IMG/VR virus record: IMGVR_UViG_3300029813_000039
Span: 1-50,006 of that record
Reading direction: 5' to 3' (one strand)
Length of the DNA: 50,006 bases
Source: a virus
In this document: piece by piece, positions 32,608-41,801 of the stretch
How the letters are laid out: each line of letters opens with the position of its first letter
Position numbering within the stretch: position 1 is the stretch's first letter
The notes under the pieces: model-generated
The model's database searches: none
What the model saw: the letters and a program-made list of their open reading frames with translations, nothing else
Told to the model about the DNA's origin: nothing
Translations under genes and position numbers: made by a program

Positions 32608-34614
32608 ATGATCACCCAAATCCTCGATAATATAAACTGGCCAACTGATGTCCTGTTCCTGGACTTTGAGTCCTTCTTTAGCCAAGAATATTGTATGGGC
32701 AAGGGCAAAAACGCCTTATCAATAGTCGAGTATATCACTGATTCTCGATTTCGATTTACGGGTTTGGGAATCCAAATTAACGACCAATTACCACGTTTTA
32801 TTCCCGGCCCCCATGTACCCTGGGCTATCGAACAACTGAAAGAAAAATTTGGAGTAGCTCTTCATAATTGTGTTGTTACGGCAAAAAATAATAAGTTTGA
32901 TTGTCTGATTTTGGTTGAAAAATTTGGCATTTTTCCGCCTTATACTATCGATGTTGAAGATCTATCACGTTATTATGATAGTCGAATGAAACAGGGGCTT
33001 AAAGACCTTGTCAAACTATTCAAACTTCCGGCAAAGGGTGAAACCAAACAGTTCAAAGGATTGTATTGGGAGACAATGACATCAGAGCAACGCCAGGCTA
33101 TGAAAGAATATTGTTTAAGAGACATTAAGAATGAAAAATCATTATTGGAAATTTTATTACCGAAACTTGATAATGTTAATACGGAACTTGATCTCGCTCG
33201 CCATACGCTTAACCTTTATCTTAGACCGGTACTCAAACTTGATACGCAACAAGCTACGAAAATCGCGAGCGAAATGGATCGAGCGTTATCTGAAGACTTA
33301 CGAAAAATAGCTTGGGTGCTAAAATATAGAACTAAAGCTAAGCCAAACATCTCGAAAATAATGCGTGCTAAGAAAATCTTTCCACAAATTCTTCAAGACA
33401 TTTTACCTGAAGGCGAAACAGTGCCAATGAAAAAAGGTAAGAATCAGATGATCCCGGCCACTGCTCAGAACGATGTAGCATTTCAATACCTTTTGGCACA
33501 CAAAGACCAAAAAGTACGTGAATTATGTCGAGCTAAAGCTGCCTGTTCAAGTTGGCCGTTGCATCAAAGTAAGGTTAAACGTATGATTGATCAGGCTAAT
33601 TGTTGTGATGGGTTGATCCGAATGCCATTGAAATACTATGGGGCACATACAGGTCGTTGGTCAGGAACAGGTGGCTGGAATCCGATGAACCTGGGTGGTA
33701 AAGGTCGTGGCCGTCCTATTCATCCATTGGTAACTGCTGTTCGAGGAACATTAGTAGCACCTGATGGTTACACACTGGTGATCGTTGATAGTGCACAAAT
33801 AGAAGCTCGTGAATTAGCCTGGGTAGCACACCAGGATGATCTTGTGAAAGGGTTTGCAGATGGTGAAGACATCTATAGTGAGTTCGCCTCGGACTTATTT
33901 CAAGCGAAAGTTTGGAAGCCAAGTGAGGAAGAAAAGAAAACTCCTGAAGGCCAAACGGCTGATATTAGAAGAGGCTTTGGGAAGGATGCCATACTCGGAT
34001 GCGGATATGGAATGGGGACTAATACTTTCTTTGATCGTTGCAGGCAAAATGATACTCTCCGTCCCCTCTTTGACAGTGGAGAATATGATTGGGATTTCAT
34101 TAGTCGACTTATCAAAACTTACCGAACCAAATATACCAATATATGTGATTTCTGGACTGAGATTGAAAAATGTTTCCGGTGGCCTACCAAATACGCAAAA
34201 GAAAGAACAGAATATAAAATATCCAATACAGCATCCTTACGGTTTTGGAAATCGGGGACTATAATCAAGATGCAACTTTCATCAGGACGAATAATGAATT
34301 ATCGTCACGCATCAGTGTCACCTAAAGATGATAGTATCAAATATCTACATGGACATCTCTGGGGTGGATCGATTACGGAAAATCTGATTCAGGCAATGTG
34401 TCGTGATTTACTGGGATATTGGTTATTGAAATGTGAGGATATTGGTATTCCTATAGTATTACACTCGTATGATGAGTTAGTTGGTTGTGTGCCTGAAGAA
34501 GAAGCTGAAGACGCATTGTTTATTATGATAGACGTAATGAAACAAGCTCCGCTTTGGGCTGATGGACTCCCTTTAGCTGCCGAAGGTATGATTAGTGAAC
34601 GTTATTGCAAGTAA
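32608..34614 (+). CDS. polA: Family A DNA polymerase with N-terminal 3'-5' exonuclease domain
   Basis: Exo motifs FLDFESF, NNKFDCLIL, YCLRDIK. Pol motif A VIVDSAQIEARELAW, motif B RRGFGKDAILGCGYGMG, motif C HSYDELV. Confidence 0.9.
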   Translation: MITQILDNINWPTDVLFLDFESFFSQEYCMGKGKNALSIVEYITDSRFRFTGLGIQINDQLPRFIPGPHVPWAIEQLKEKFGVALHNCVVTAKNNKFDCLILVEKFGIFPPYTIDVEDLSRYYDSRMKQGLKDLVKLFKLPAKGETKQFKGLYWETMTSEQRQAMKEYCLRDIKNEKSLLEILLPKLDNVNTELDLARHTLNLYLRPVLKLDTQQATKIASEMDRALSEDLRKIAWVLKYRTKAKPNISKIMRAKKIFPQILQDILPEGETVPMKKGKNQMIPATAQNDVAFQYLLAHKDQKVRELCRAKAACSSWPLHQSKVKRMIDQANCCDGLIRMPLKYYGAHTGRWSGTGGWNPMNLGGKGRGRPIHPLVTAVRGTLVAPDGYTLVIVDSAQIEARELAWVAHQDDLVKGFADGEDIYSEFASDLFQAKVWKPSEEEKKTPEGQTADIRRGFGKDAILGCGYGMGTNTFFDRCRQNDTLRPLFDSGEYDWDFISRLIKTYRTKYTNICDFWTEIEKCFRWPTKYAKERTEYKISNTASLRFWKSGTIIKMQLSSGRIMNYRHASVSPKDDSIKYLHGHLWGGSITENLIQAMCRDLLGYWLLKCEDIGIPIVLHSYDELVGCVPEEEAEDALFIMIDVMKQAPLWADGLPLAAEGMISERYCK

Positions 34615-35062
34615 AATATGTTCTAAGTGTGGAAAAAAATTACCAGTAACAACAGAATTTTTTTATAAAAATAAAGGTGGAAAATACGGATTTAGATCTG
34701 AATGTAAAAAATGTCTTAATAAACAGCATAAAAAATATCGTCAACAAAATCAAGAAAAAGAAATTTTTCGACATAAAAAATATTATAATACATTAATCGG
34801 ATATTTGCAATATTGTTTTGCAGCTATTAATCAACGGTGTAATAATTCAAATAATCGTAATTATAAACATTATGGTGGTCGTGGTATTAAATGTTTATTC
34901 AAATCATCCAACGAATTTATAGATTATATAATTAACATTCTTAAAATTGATCCACGCGGGTTGCAAATAGATCGCATTAATAATGACGGTAATTATGAAC
35001 CTGGCAATATTCGATTTGTAACTCATAGAGAAAACCAGCAAAACAAAAGGAATAGAAAATGA
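34595..35062 (+). CDS. HNH-like homing endonuclease paralogue 3 (overlaps the polA 3' end by 20 nt)
   Basis: CSKCGKKLP...CKKC finger, QRCNNSNNRNYKHYGGRGIKCLFKSSNEFIDYIINILKIDPRGLQIDRINNDGNYEPGNIRFVT. Very AT-rich. Confidence 0.7.
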   Translation: MNVIASKICSKCGKKLPVTTEFFYKNKGGKYGFRSECKKCLNKQHKKYRQQNQEKEIFRHKKYYNTLIGYLQYCFAAINQRCNNSNNRNYKHYGGRGIKCLFKSSNEFIDYIINILKIDPRGLQIDRINNDGNYEPGNIRFVTHRENQQNKRNRK

Positions 35063-35241
35063 CCAAGAAAAATTGTAGGTATTTAATATCTCAAATAAAA
35101 CAACACCAAAAAGAATTAATAAAATTACGTCAAAAATATACTTCAACTTCACCATTAAATATTTGGAATTCAAAAGCTCAAATGGTGTTTGCAAATAAAC
35201 ATTTAGATGCAGCTATAGAAAATCTTGAAAGAAATTTATAA
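35059..35241 (+). CDS. Small hypothetical protein
   Basis: 60-aa ORF, ATGA-coupled. AT-rich like the adjacent HEG. Confidence 0.45.
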   Translation: MTKKNCRYLISQIKQHQKELIKLRQKYTSTSPLNIWNSKAQMVFANKHLDAAIENLERNL

Positions 35242-35526
35242 ATGAATCGCCGGATCTTTCTTAAATCCTTAGCCGCCGCATGCGGGGCTGCTGTTGTGTG
35301 TCCTGGTGAGTTGGTGAAGGGCAAGTCAGAACGCGAGATCTTATTAGAGAAATTTAGAGCAGCAGCACTAAATACTAAAAATAAAAATGATAATCCGGTA
35401 TTTGGAAAAGGTAAACGAAGTGAACATATTTACATGATTGATCATCCTGTTTTTCATAATACTGTTCATACAATGCACAATTTCGGTGGAAGGTATTCAG
35501 GTTATGTTATAACGAGGTCAGCATGA
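35242..35526 (+). CDS. Small protein with twin-arginine (Tat)-like signal peptide
   Basis: MNRRIFLKSLAAACGAAVV matches the S/T-R-R-x-F-L-K Tat consensus followed by a hydrophobic stretch. Confidence 0.55.
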   Translation: MNRRIFLKSLAAACGAAVVCPGELVKGKSEREILLEKFRAAALNTKNKNDNPVFGKGKRSEHIYMIDHPVFHNTVHTMHNFGGRYSGYVITRSA

Positions 35527-35690
35527 AGCGATTCAAACACCACATAGATCTAATCCGTTACGCAGCCAGACGTGCGATTCATCGGTGTGACATTTTGGAA
35601 CCTGAAGTACATGCTGAAAAACTTGTGGAGTATATGAAGAAAATTGATTGGTTAAAATGGGCCAGGCAAAAGTTGGAGAGAGTGAGATGA
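35523..35690 (+). CDS. Small ORF (55 aa)
   Basis: ATGA-coupled on both sides. MKRFKHHIDLIRYAARRAIHRCDILEPEVHAEKLVEYMKKIDWLKWARQKLERVR. Confidence 0.45.
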   Translation: MKRFKHHIDLIRYAARRAIHRCDILEPEVHAEKLVEYMKKIDWLKWARQKLERVR

Positions 35691-35944
35691 ACAAGATAGA
35701 TTGCCTAAAACAATTTCTTATACGGTGTTGTTATCAATATTATGTTAAGTCTAATCCTATGATTAACGACAGACTTTATGATGCCCTATTTGGCGATATG
35801 AAACATCGAGAATCAATGAGACTACAGAAAGAAGGTATCTGGCCTGATTCAGATTCTCCTACCCAAATGATTTGGGGAGATAGTGACAGTCAGTATCCTG
35901 ATTGGGCTAAAGAATGGAAAAAGATGGAGTGTTGTACTGAATGA
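35687..35944 (+). CDS. Small hypothetical protein
   Basis: Start ATG 35687. CCYQYYVKSNPMINDRLYDALF weakly recalls the Ia segment of NAD-dependent ligases (YYxxxxPxISDxEYDxL). No catalytic domain. Confidence 0.45.
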   Translation: MNKIDCLKQFLIRCCYQYYVKSNPMINDRLYDALFGDMKHRESMRLQKEGIWPDSDSPTQMIWGDSDSQYPDWAKEWKKMECCTE

Positions 35945-36402
35945 AATACCGACAAACCAAGCTCCAAAGGTTCAATGACCTGGCCAACGCTATTAATCAG
36001 ATTCGTAAAGGAGAAAAAGTGAAACGGATTGGTGCTAAAGACGGTTCAATACAAACACACTCAGTAATATCGGTAGATCCTAAGAAACTTGAGCATGAAG
36101 TTCTCGCTGATTGTTTATTCTGGCTACACAAATATCACGTATTTTATAATAGACACGATGCTGGTACATTTCAGAATGATCGTGGACAATGGGCTACATA
36201 TGGCATAATAGGATCAGGTGATATTCATGGCATGCTTAAACCTAACGGTCGATCTTTTGAAATTGAATGTAAACGTGGTTCGGGTGGTCGATTATCTATT
36301 GGTCAGCAACAACGAATGAAGGATGTCCGTGCAACTGGTGCATTATATTTTGTGGTACATGGTCGAGAAGAACTTGAATACTTTATGCAGGAGTATGTAT
36401 GA
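35941..36402 (+). CDS. VRR-NUC domain nuclease
   Basis: GSGDIHGMLKPNGRSFEIECKRGSGGRLSIGQQQRMKDVRATGALYFVV gives the D...ExK...Q pattern of VRR-NUC/PD-(D/E)XK. Confidence 0.65.
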   Translation: MKYRQTKLQRFNDLANAINQIRKGEKVKRIGAKDGSIQTHSVISVDPKKLEHEVLADCLFWLHKYHVFYNRHDAGTFQNDRGQWATYGIIGSGDIHGMLKPNGRSFEIECKRGSGGRLSIGQQQRMKDVRATGALYFVVHGREELEYFMQEYV

Positions 36403-36560
36403 TATATTGTGGAATGTGGGAATATAAAAACTGGCAGGATAACACTGCTATTTGGATACATGAATGGGTACGAGTAATTCCTATAAAACCATTTGGGCTT
36501 AGGTTTGAAACATATACATTTGGAACATATAGAAAATATTTACCAAAGGAGATTGAATGA
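36399..36560 (+). CDS. Small Trp-rich ORF (53 aa)
   Basis: ATGA-coupled on both sides. Confidence 0.4.
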   Translation: MIYCGMWEYKNWQDNTAIWIHEWVRVIPIKPFGLRFETYTFGTYRKYLPKEIE

Positions 36561-36736
36561 TCGGTGCAATTATCTACTGGTGGACTAAGAAACATAATTG
36601 GTCTGAATGGACAGGATTAAGATATACAGATGGTAGGACATGGTATTGGATACGGATCTGTCATAGATGTTTGAAAACAGAATCTACATTAAAGGAACCA
36701 GGAGTAAGTAATTATGAAAACGAAAAAACAGATTAA
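36557..36736 (+). CDS. Small Trp-rich ORF (59 aa)
   Basis: ATGA-coupled upstream. MIGAIIYWWTKKHNWSEWTGLRYTDGRTWYWIRICHRCLK... Confidence 0.4.
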   Translation: MIGAIIYWWTKKHNWSEWTGLRYTDGRTWYWIRICHRCLKTESTLKEPGVSNYENEKTD

Positions 36737-37001
36737 AAAAGAAATTGAAGCACTTAAAACAGTTCGACCAAAGGTACGCCTTCATAGTATGTTCGGAGAT
36801 GATAATCTTGCTGCCCTCGATGCTCAAATTGAAGTGCTTGAAAATAATTGGGATGGTAATGATATTTATGATAAATATGATCATGCTGATTTCTCAGAAT
36901 ATATATTAGAATCAGCACTTGATGCACGACAATGGATTGATGACTTATTAACTGAAGTAGATAGTTTGGCCGAAGATTGGCCTTTGGAGGAAAATAGCTA
37001 A
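36714..37001 (+). CDS. Acidic hypothetical protein
   Basis: 95-aa ORF. GGAGTAAG SD-like. Confidence 0.5.
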   Translation: MKTKKQIKKEIEALKTVRPKVRLHSMFGDDNLAALDAQIEVLENNWDGNDIYDKYDHADFSEYILESALDARQWIDDLLTEVDSLAEDWPLEENS

Positions 37002-38236
37002 TGCCAAGAAAATTAATACTCTCAGCAAGTTCAATTAGTGCTTTCAAATCTTGTCCAATTCGATTCAGGAACGCATATATATATGGCATCCGAAAAATAG
37101 AAGATAGCGAATCTCAAAGAGTGGGGATTAACTGGCACTCAATCCTTGAAGTTGTCAGCCTGGTGCCAGGAAGTGATTGTCCTGAATGCGAAATGAATGC
37201 AACAGCCGGTGACATATTTGATCCTGAACAATGTATAATCTGTACCGGTACTGGTAAAGTTCCTGATGATATTATGATTGTCATAACTCGTGTACTGAAT
37301 AAGGCTTACGAGAACGTAGTATTTGCCGACCCTGTAGCTAAAGAGGTCGAACGGGTGACATTACTTCATGCACTTATTGGATACCGTTGGTATTACGGTG
37401 AACAATTAGAATCAGTTGTTGCCAGAGAACAATATTTCAGCCTGCCATTACTCAATCCTCAAACCGGACATCCTATACCAGATGTGTTTATTGAAGGTCG
37501 AATTGATAAACTAATCGAACTCGCTAATGGTATCGCTGTTAAGGAACATAAATCAACCAGTAAGTCCATTAATCCTGATTCAACTTATTGGGGTCACTTG
37601 AATCTTGACACACAGACTACTATGTATATCTATGCTGCCAGGCGATTGCAGCTTAGTGAGGATTCTAATCCTGCTGATGATATAGGGTTTGAAGCAAACG
37701 ATTCACTCATCAACACAGTCAAGTACGATGTGTATCATAAGCCAACGATCAGGCCGAAGAAACTCACCCAAAGTGACAGTAAGAAGTTCGTGGCTGACGG
37801 GATATATTGTGGACAGGAGTTTGAAGTGATAGATAACGTAGATACTGACAGCGATTCCGGTGGCTTATATGTAAACGGCCACGAAGCTGAAGTTGAACCC
37901 GGTGCTAAAGAAGGCACCTTCGCCATTCGTGAGACACCTGACATGTTCGGTGCCCGATTGCTCAAAGACATTACTGAACGTCCTGAGTTCTATTTTCGAT
38001 GTATAGAACTTACTCGAACTGATGCTGAACTCAAAGCATTTGAACAAGAACTCTATGATATTGCTAAGAATATGCAATTTATGATTAGATCGGGTCGATA
38101 TTATAGTAATGAAAACCAATGTGAGGCTACTTATCGGTGTGATTATATAGAACAGTGTTATAACCGCATGCAGGTTGATCAGGATCATGTGCCTGATAAT
38201 ATGAAATGTATATTTAATAGAAAGGACGGTGAGTGA
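37001..38236 (+). CDS. Cas4/RecB-like PD-(D/E)XK exonuclease with Fe-S cysteines and an inserted zinc finger
   Basis: LSASSISAFKSCPIRF (N-terminal Cys), GRIDKL...IAVKEHKST (D...ExK), QTTMYIYA (QxxxY), C-terminal CEATYRCDYIEQC. Insert CPECEMN...CIICTGTGKV (CxxCxGxG). Confidence 0.7.
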   Translation: MPRKLILSASSISAFKSCPIRFRNAYIYGIRKIEDSESQRVGINWHSILEVVSLVPGSDCPECEMNATAGDIFDPEQCIICTGTGKVPDDIMIVITRVLNKAYENVVFADPVAKEVERVTLLHALIGYRWYYGEQLESVVAREQYFSLPLLNPQTGHPIPDVFIEGRIDKLIELANGIAVKEHKSTSKSINPDSTYWGHLNLDTQTTMYIYAARRLQLSEDSNPADDIGFEANDSLINTVKYDVYHKPTIRPKKLTQSDSKKFVADGIYCGQEFEVIDNVDTDSDSGGLYVNGHEAEVEPGAKEGTFAIRETPDMFGARLLKDITERPEFYFRCIELTRTDAELKAFEQELYDIAKNMQFMIRSGRYYSNENQCEATYRCDYIEQCYNRMQVDQDHVPDNMKCIFNRKDGE

Positions 38237-38439
38237 TGACAGGAGTAGATACCGGTTTAGTCTTTAAGGGCCATTCTATTTTACTTGGACCAAGACATTC
38301 TGATCATAGAATGGTTGATAAACTTGTTTTAACACAACTTGATCGATTCATTAGAGAATATTTTCCAATTCTTTCAGATAATGAAGTTTTTGTTAAAGGG
38401 GCTTTGTCACTGAAGTCAAAGGGAAATCAAGATGACTAA
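38236..38439 (+). CDS. Small hypothetical protein
   Basis: 67-aa ORF overlapping neighbouring genes at both ends. Confidence 0.45.
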   Translation: MTGVDTGLVFKGHSILLGPRHSDHRMVDKLVLTQLDRFIREYFPILSDNEVFVKGALSLKSKGNQDD

Positions 38440-39142
38440 AGTTAAAACCGTATTCGCATACGAACTATCATTAATACACGACAAAAACATCAAACAATTC
38501 GTCATAACTTGCTTTGATAAATTTTGCCCGGATTATTTTTGGACCTGCCCCTGTAGCACATCAGGTAAGTATCACCCACAAGTAGCACTTGGTGTAGGTG
38601 GCCTGATCCGACACACCAAGCTTGCTGTCTGGTGGGGAATTGAACTGTTGAAGGCGTTAAGTTCATCATATGATCTAAAGATTATACCGCCCATACAGTT
38701 ACAAGATGAAGTCACCGCAACACTTCTGTTACACGATATGATTAAGAACGGTAAGGGTTTGGATGCACAAGGTCGTCCACTTGATCGCAGTGTGACAGGA
38801 ACGCATGGGGTGACGTTGGCTGAGAAGATAGATAATAAAGGACTTGAGGATAAATTAAATCTTGAATCCTGGGAAAGAATATTTAATGGAATTGCTTGTC
38901 ATATGGGAATTTGGACTACTAATCCTTATTTTAGACCAGATACCATAGCAATTCCTACTCTAAAAGCCTTCGCACAACTAATCCACCTGGCCGACTATAC
39001 AGCCAGTCGTAAAGTTGATGAAATATATCATAAATTAGAACAGGAGAAACAAAATGGCATTATCAAAAAAACCGCCAATGTTAAAAAAATCGTTACCCAA
39101 AGCCCCCCTTGCCCCGGTGTCCGCAAAGCCGAAAACGGCTAA
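38432..39142 (+). CDS. HD-domain metal-dependent phosphohydrolase
   Basis: SGKYHP...LIRHTKLAV...ATLLLHDMIKNG (H...HD...) signature. The C-terminal 89 nt overlap the next gene. Confidence 0.6.
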   Translation: MTKVKTVFAYELSLIHDKNIKQFVITCFDKFCPDYFWTCPCSTSGKYHPQVALGVGGLIRHTKLAVWWGIELLKALSSSYDLKIIPPIQLQDEVTATLLLHDMIKNGKGLDAQGRPLDRSVTGTHGVTLAEKIDNKGLEDKLNLESWERIFNGIACHMGIWTTNPYFRPDTIAIPTLKAFAQLIHLADYTASRKVDEIYHKLEQEKQNGIIKKTANVKKIVTQSPPCPGVRKAENG

Positions 39143-40010
39143 ACAACAACAGCAAAAGGTTAATAAAACATTTCAAGTAGCAACTTGGGATGGTGCTGGA
39201 GAAGGTGAGAAAATTATTGGTTACGCTGATTCAGGTATGGGTAAGACTACACTTGCTTCAATGCTACCTACACCTGTATTCGCTGGTCTTGATGATGGTG
39301 GTCGTAAAATTAAAAATCCCATTACTGGTGAACCATTAAAAAATATCCCAGACATAAAAACATTTGCTGATTTCAGAACAGCAGTACAACAACCTGATCT
39401 TCTTGATGATTATGAGACACTTGTTGTTGACACTGGTACTATACTTGAATCATTGGCACTCAACTGGATGTTAGAAAATGTATTAGGTGGCGAGAACGGC
39501 ACTAATCATATGAAAAACATTGAACAATATGGATGGGGCAAAGGTCATCGACATTTGTATGATACTATGCGTTTACCTCTTGCAGACTTTGATGCTTTGA
39601 TTAGGTGTGGTAAAAACGTATGTATTCTTTGTCAAATGCAACAAGTATCAATCGCTAATGCCAGCGGTGAAGATTATCTTTGTGATGCTCCTAAACTGGC
39701 ACCCAAACACGGTAAACAAACTCCATCAATCTGGGGTATGTGGGTTGAATGGGCTGATCATGCTTTCAGAATTAGTAATGAAGGCGTAGTAGCTGCTAAG
39801 GATGATGCTAAAGCTAAAATAGCTAAAGCTACATCAACCGGTAATAGGATTATTAATATTCATGCTCCTGAAGTCCATTACAAAGCCAAGTCACGAAGTA
39901 TACCGCCAAGATTTCCTGTAGTATCATTTGATAATCCCGCGGATGATTCAATCTGGCGATTTCTATTTGATGAATGCTGGCGTGATATTCCAGAGGAAGG
40001 GAATGAGTGA
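39054..40010 (+). CDS. Sak4-like / AAA_24 family ATPase (recombination-associated)
   Basis: Walker A GYADSGMGKTT, Walker B TLVVDTGT. AGGAGAAACAAA SD. Confidence 0.6.
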   Translation: MALSKKPPMLKKSLPKAPLAPVSAKPKTAKQQQQKVNKTFQVATWDGAGEGEKIIGYADSGMGKTTLASMLPTPVFAGLDDGGRKIKNPITGEPLKNIPDIKTFADFRTAVQQPDLLDDYETLVVDTGTILESLALNWMLENVLGGENGTNHMKNIEQYGWGKGHRHLYDTMRLPLADFDALIRCGKNVCILCQMQQVSIANASGEDYLCDAPKLAPKHGKQTPSIWGMWVEWADHAFRISNEGVVAAKDDAKAKIAKATSTGNRIINIHAPEVHYKAKSRSIPPRFPVVSFDNPADDSIWRFLFDECWRDIPEEGNE

Positions 40011-40213
40011 TGAGAGAATTTGAAAAGTGGAAAAGTGAAAATTTCAAACCAGAAAAAAATTTAGTTGATTCAGAAGATTATTTTTGCGGATATGCAGATG
40101 GATTAGAAACAGGTTGGCGAGCAGTTTTGGAGATGGTCTTAGGTTGGCTTGATTATTCATCTGAACATAAGGAGATAGCAGACAAAATACACGATGAACT
40201 GGGAGACACATAA
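40010..40213 (+). CDS. Small acidic protein
   Basis: 67 aa, TGATG overlap with the upstream stop. Confidence 0.5.
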   Translation: MREFEKWKSENFKPEKNLVDSEDYFCGYADGLETGWRAVLEMVLGWLDYSSEHKEIADKIHDELGDT

Positions 40214-40569
40214 TGGGCATAAAACTAAGAGGACCAGCACCCAACAGAAACGACCCATGTCCCTGTAAATCTGGACTTAAATTCAAATGGTGTCATGGTG
40301 ACGGTGGCAAACAAGCAGCATGTGACCGTGTAGCTTTTGAACATATGTCATTACTAATAATAAAGGAACAACATAAACGTAAAATCATATCAGATGAACA
40401 ATATAAGGCATTCATGGAAAAATATAAATCTGATTTCGTGCCAGAACCAGTAACAGATAGAGACGTGGATGAACTAATGGCCAGTACCGGATTAAAACGA
40501 TGTTCATGTGGTGCAGTAATACCGGATGGTTGTGAAATGTGTGTTAAGTGTAAAAATTTGAAAGGGTAA
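40213..40569 (+). CDS. SEC-C motif protein with C-terminal zinc ribbon
   Basis: RNDPCPCKSGLKFKWCHG is a SEC-C metal-binding motif. C-terminal CSCG...CEMCVKC. Confidence 0.6.
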   Translation: MGIKLRGPAPNRNDPCPCKSGLKFKWCHGDGGKQAACDRVAFEHMSLLIIKEQHKRKIISDEQYKAFMEKYKSDFVPEPVTDRDVDELMASTGLKRCSCGAVIPDGCEMCVKCKNLKG

Positions 40570-40572
40570 GAG

Positions 40573-40788
40573 ATGAAATTTGAAATAAATGAGGAAAAAC
40601 AAGAACCTGTTGTGAAGTTAGAACTTCGTTATGATAATGACGATGTAGATGTAGTAAGTATTGTGGGAGATAATGAATATCCTCTCATATCATTTAATGC
40701 TGGCGGAACATTTTACAGATATACGAGTGTTACTAAAGATATTGGATTCAAACTTAACAAAAATGGACAAATTAAAGAACGCAAATAA
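40573..40788 (+). CDS. Small hypothetical protein
   Basis: 71-aa ORF, GGGTAAGAG SD-like. Confidence 0.5.
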   Translation: MKFEINEEKQEPVVKLELRYDNDDVDVVSIVGDNEYPLISFNAGGTFYRYTSVTKDIGFKLNKNGQIKERK

Positions 40789-40808
40789 TCTTTTTGAAAG
40801 GGTAAAAC

Positions 40809-41750
40809 ATGGGACTTGACAGAATTGGAACATTCAGATGTAAGGTACTCGAATGGGGTATTGATGGCAAAAAGAAAAAAGGTACTGATATGGAACTGCC
40901 TTGGTTCAATGTAAGAGTTTTACTTACAGAAATCTATGACCAAAAAGAGGAACAATGGTTCGATTATAGTGAATATGAAGCTGAAATCACTGCATTCTTG
41001 TGTCTTTACGGTGCTATCAAAGCTAAAGGTGGAAAAGTCGGACCTACACTTAGTATGGATCAAGTTAAAAAAGTATTCAAATGGGATGGTAGATCACTGA
41101 TTCAACTTGCTGGTGGTGATTATAGCGAACTTGAGTTTCAGGTTAGAATTGGTGAGAATACTTATGAAGCGGCTACATATCCATATCAAGTTAATTGGAT
41201 CAATGAGTATGATGCTGATCCCGTAGTCCAACTTCGTAAGCTCAATGCCAAAGAACTTAAAGACCTGGATAAACAATTTGTTACTCTCGCTGCACAGCAT
41301 GCAACACCAAAACCAGTAGCTACTGCTGCCAAAGCTCCAGCTAAAGTACATCCAGCACGAGTACCTGCTGATGATGCTGCACTTGATACACCAGAAGAGA
41401 AGAAACGTAAACTTGCTGCGAAGTCGGCCAAAAATAGAGCGGCTATTAAGAAAACTGCTACATCGCTACCGGCAGCAAAAACTGCTTCGACAGTACCACC
41501 GCCAAAACCAGAATCGACAACTGCTGCAATCCCACCGGCAAAACCAGATGAAACTGCATGTACTATGAATGAAGCGTGGAATGCTATTGTGGATTTACGA
41601 GATCCTTCTATCAACGATAAAGTAATTGGTGAAGTGTGGCATAGTGCCATTGCTGAAATTGTTGGTCCTGATGCTGTATCAGAAAATGTTACTCCCGAAC
41701 AATGGCATTTGGTCAAAGAGAAAACACTTGAAAACGTTGCGAAATTTTGA
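40809..41750 (+). CDS. Hypothetical protein with Ala/Pro/Lys-rich linker; possible SSB-like partner of the Sak4-like ATPase
   Basis: 313 aa. Globular N-terminal ~150 aa, low-complexity middle (ATPKPVATAAKAPAKVHPARVP...) and a small C-terminal domain. The function is guessed from position only. Confidence 0.3.
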   Translation: MGLDRIGTFRCKVLEWGIDGKKKKGTDMELPWFNVRVLLTEIYDQKEEQWFDYSEYEAEITAFLCLYGAIKAKGGKVGPTLSMDQVKKVFKWDGRSLIQLAGGDYSELEFQVRIGENTYEAATYPYQVNWINEYDADPVVQLRKLNAKELKDLDKQFVTLAAQHATPKPVATAAKAPAKVHPARVPADDAALDTPEEKKRKLAAKSAKNRAAIKKTATSLPAAKTASTVPPPKPESTTAAIPPAKPDETACTMNEAWNAIVDLRDPSINDKVIGEVWHSAIAEIVGPDAVSENVTPEQWHLVKEKTLENVAKF

Positions 41751-41801
41751 TTTATATTCCCTTATGATCATTAATCAGGTCGTAAGGTAGACATATGATC
41801 G

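Noticed and set aside
38432-39142. HD hydrolase as DatZ-like dATPase, with the nucleotidase at 30432, indicating a modified-base (for example aminoadenine) genome
   Set aside because: No PurZ/adenylosuccinate-synthetase-like, MazZ, thymidylate-synthase-like or glycosyltransferase gene was seen. HD and HAD phosphatases are common in ordinary phage replication modules.
39054-39142. 89-nt overlap of the HD and Sak4-like genes as a recoding or fusion site
   Set aside because: The ATPase gene has its own strong SD and ATG at 39054. The HD tail in the overlap is a low-information Lys/Pro-rich extension, which simply looks like the absence of an earlier stop.
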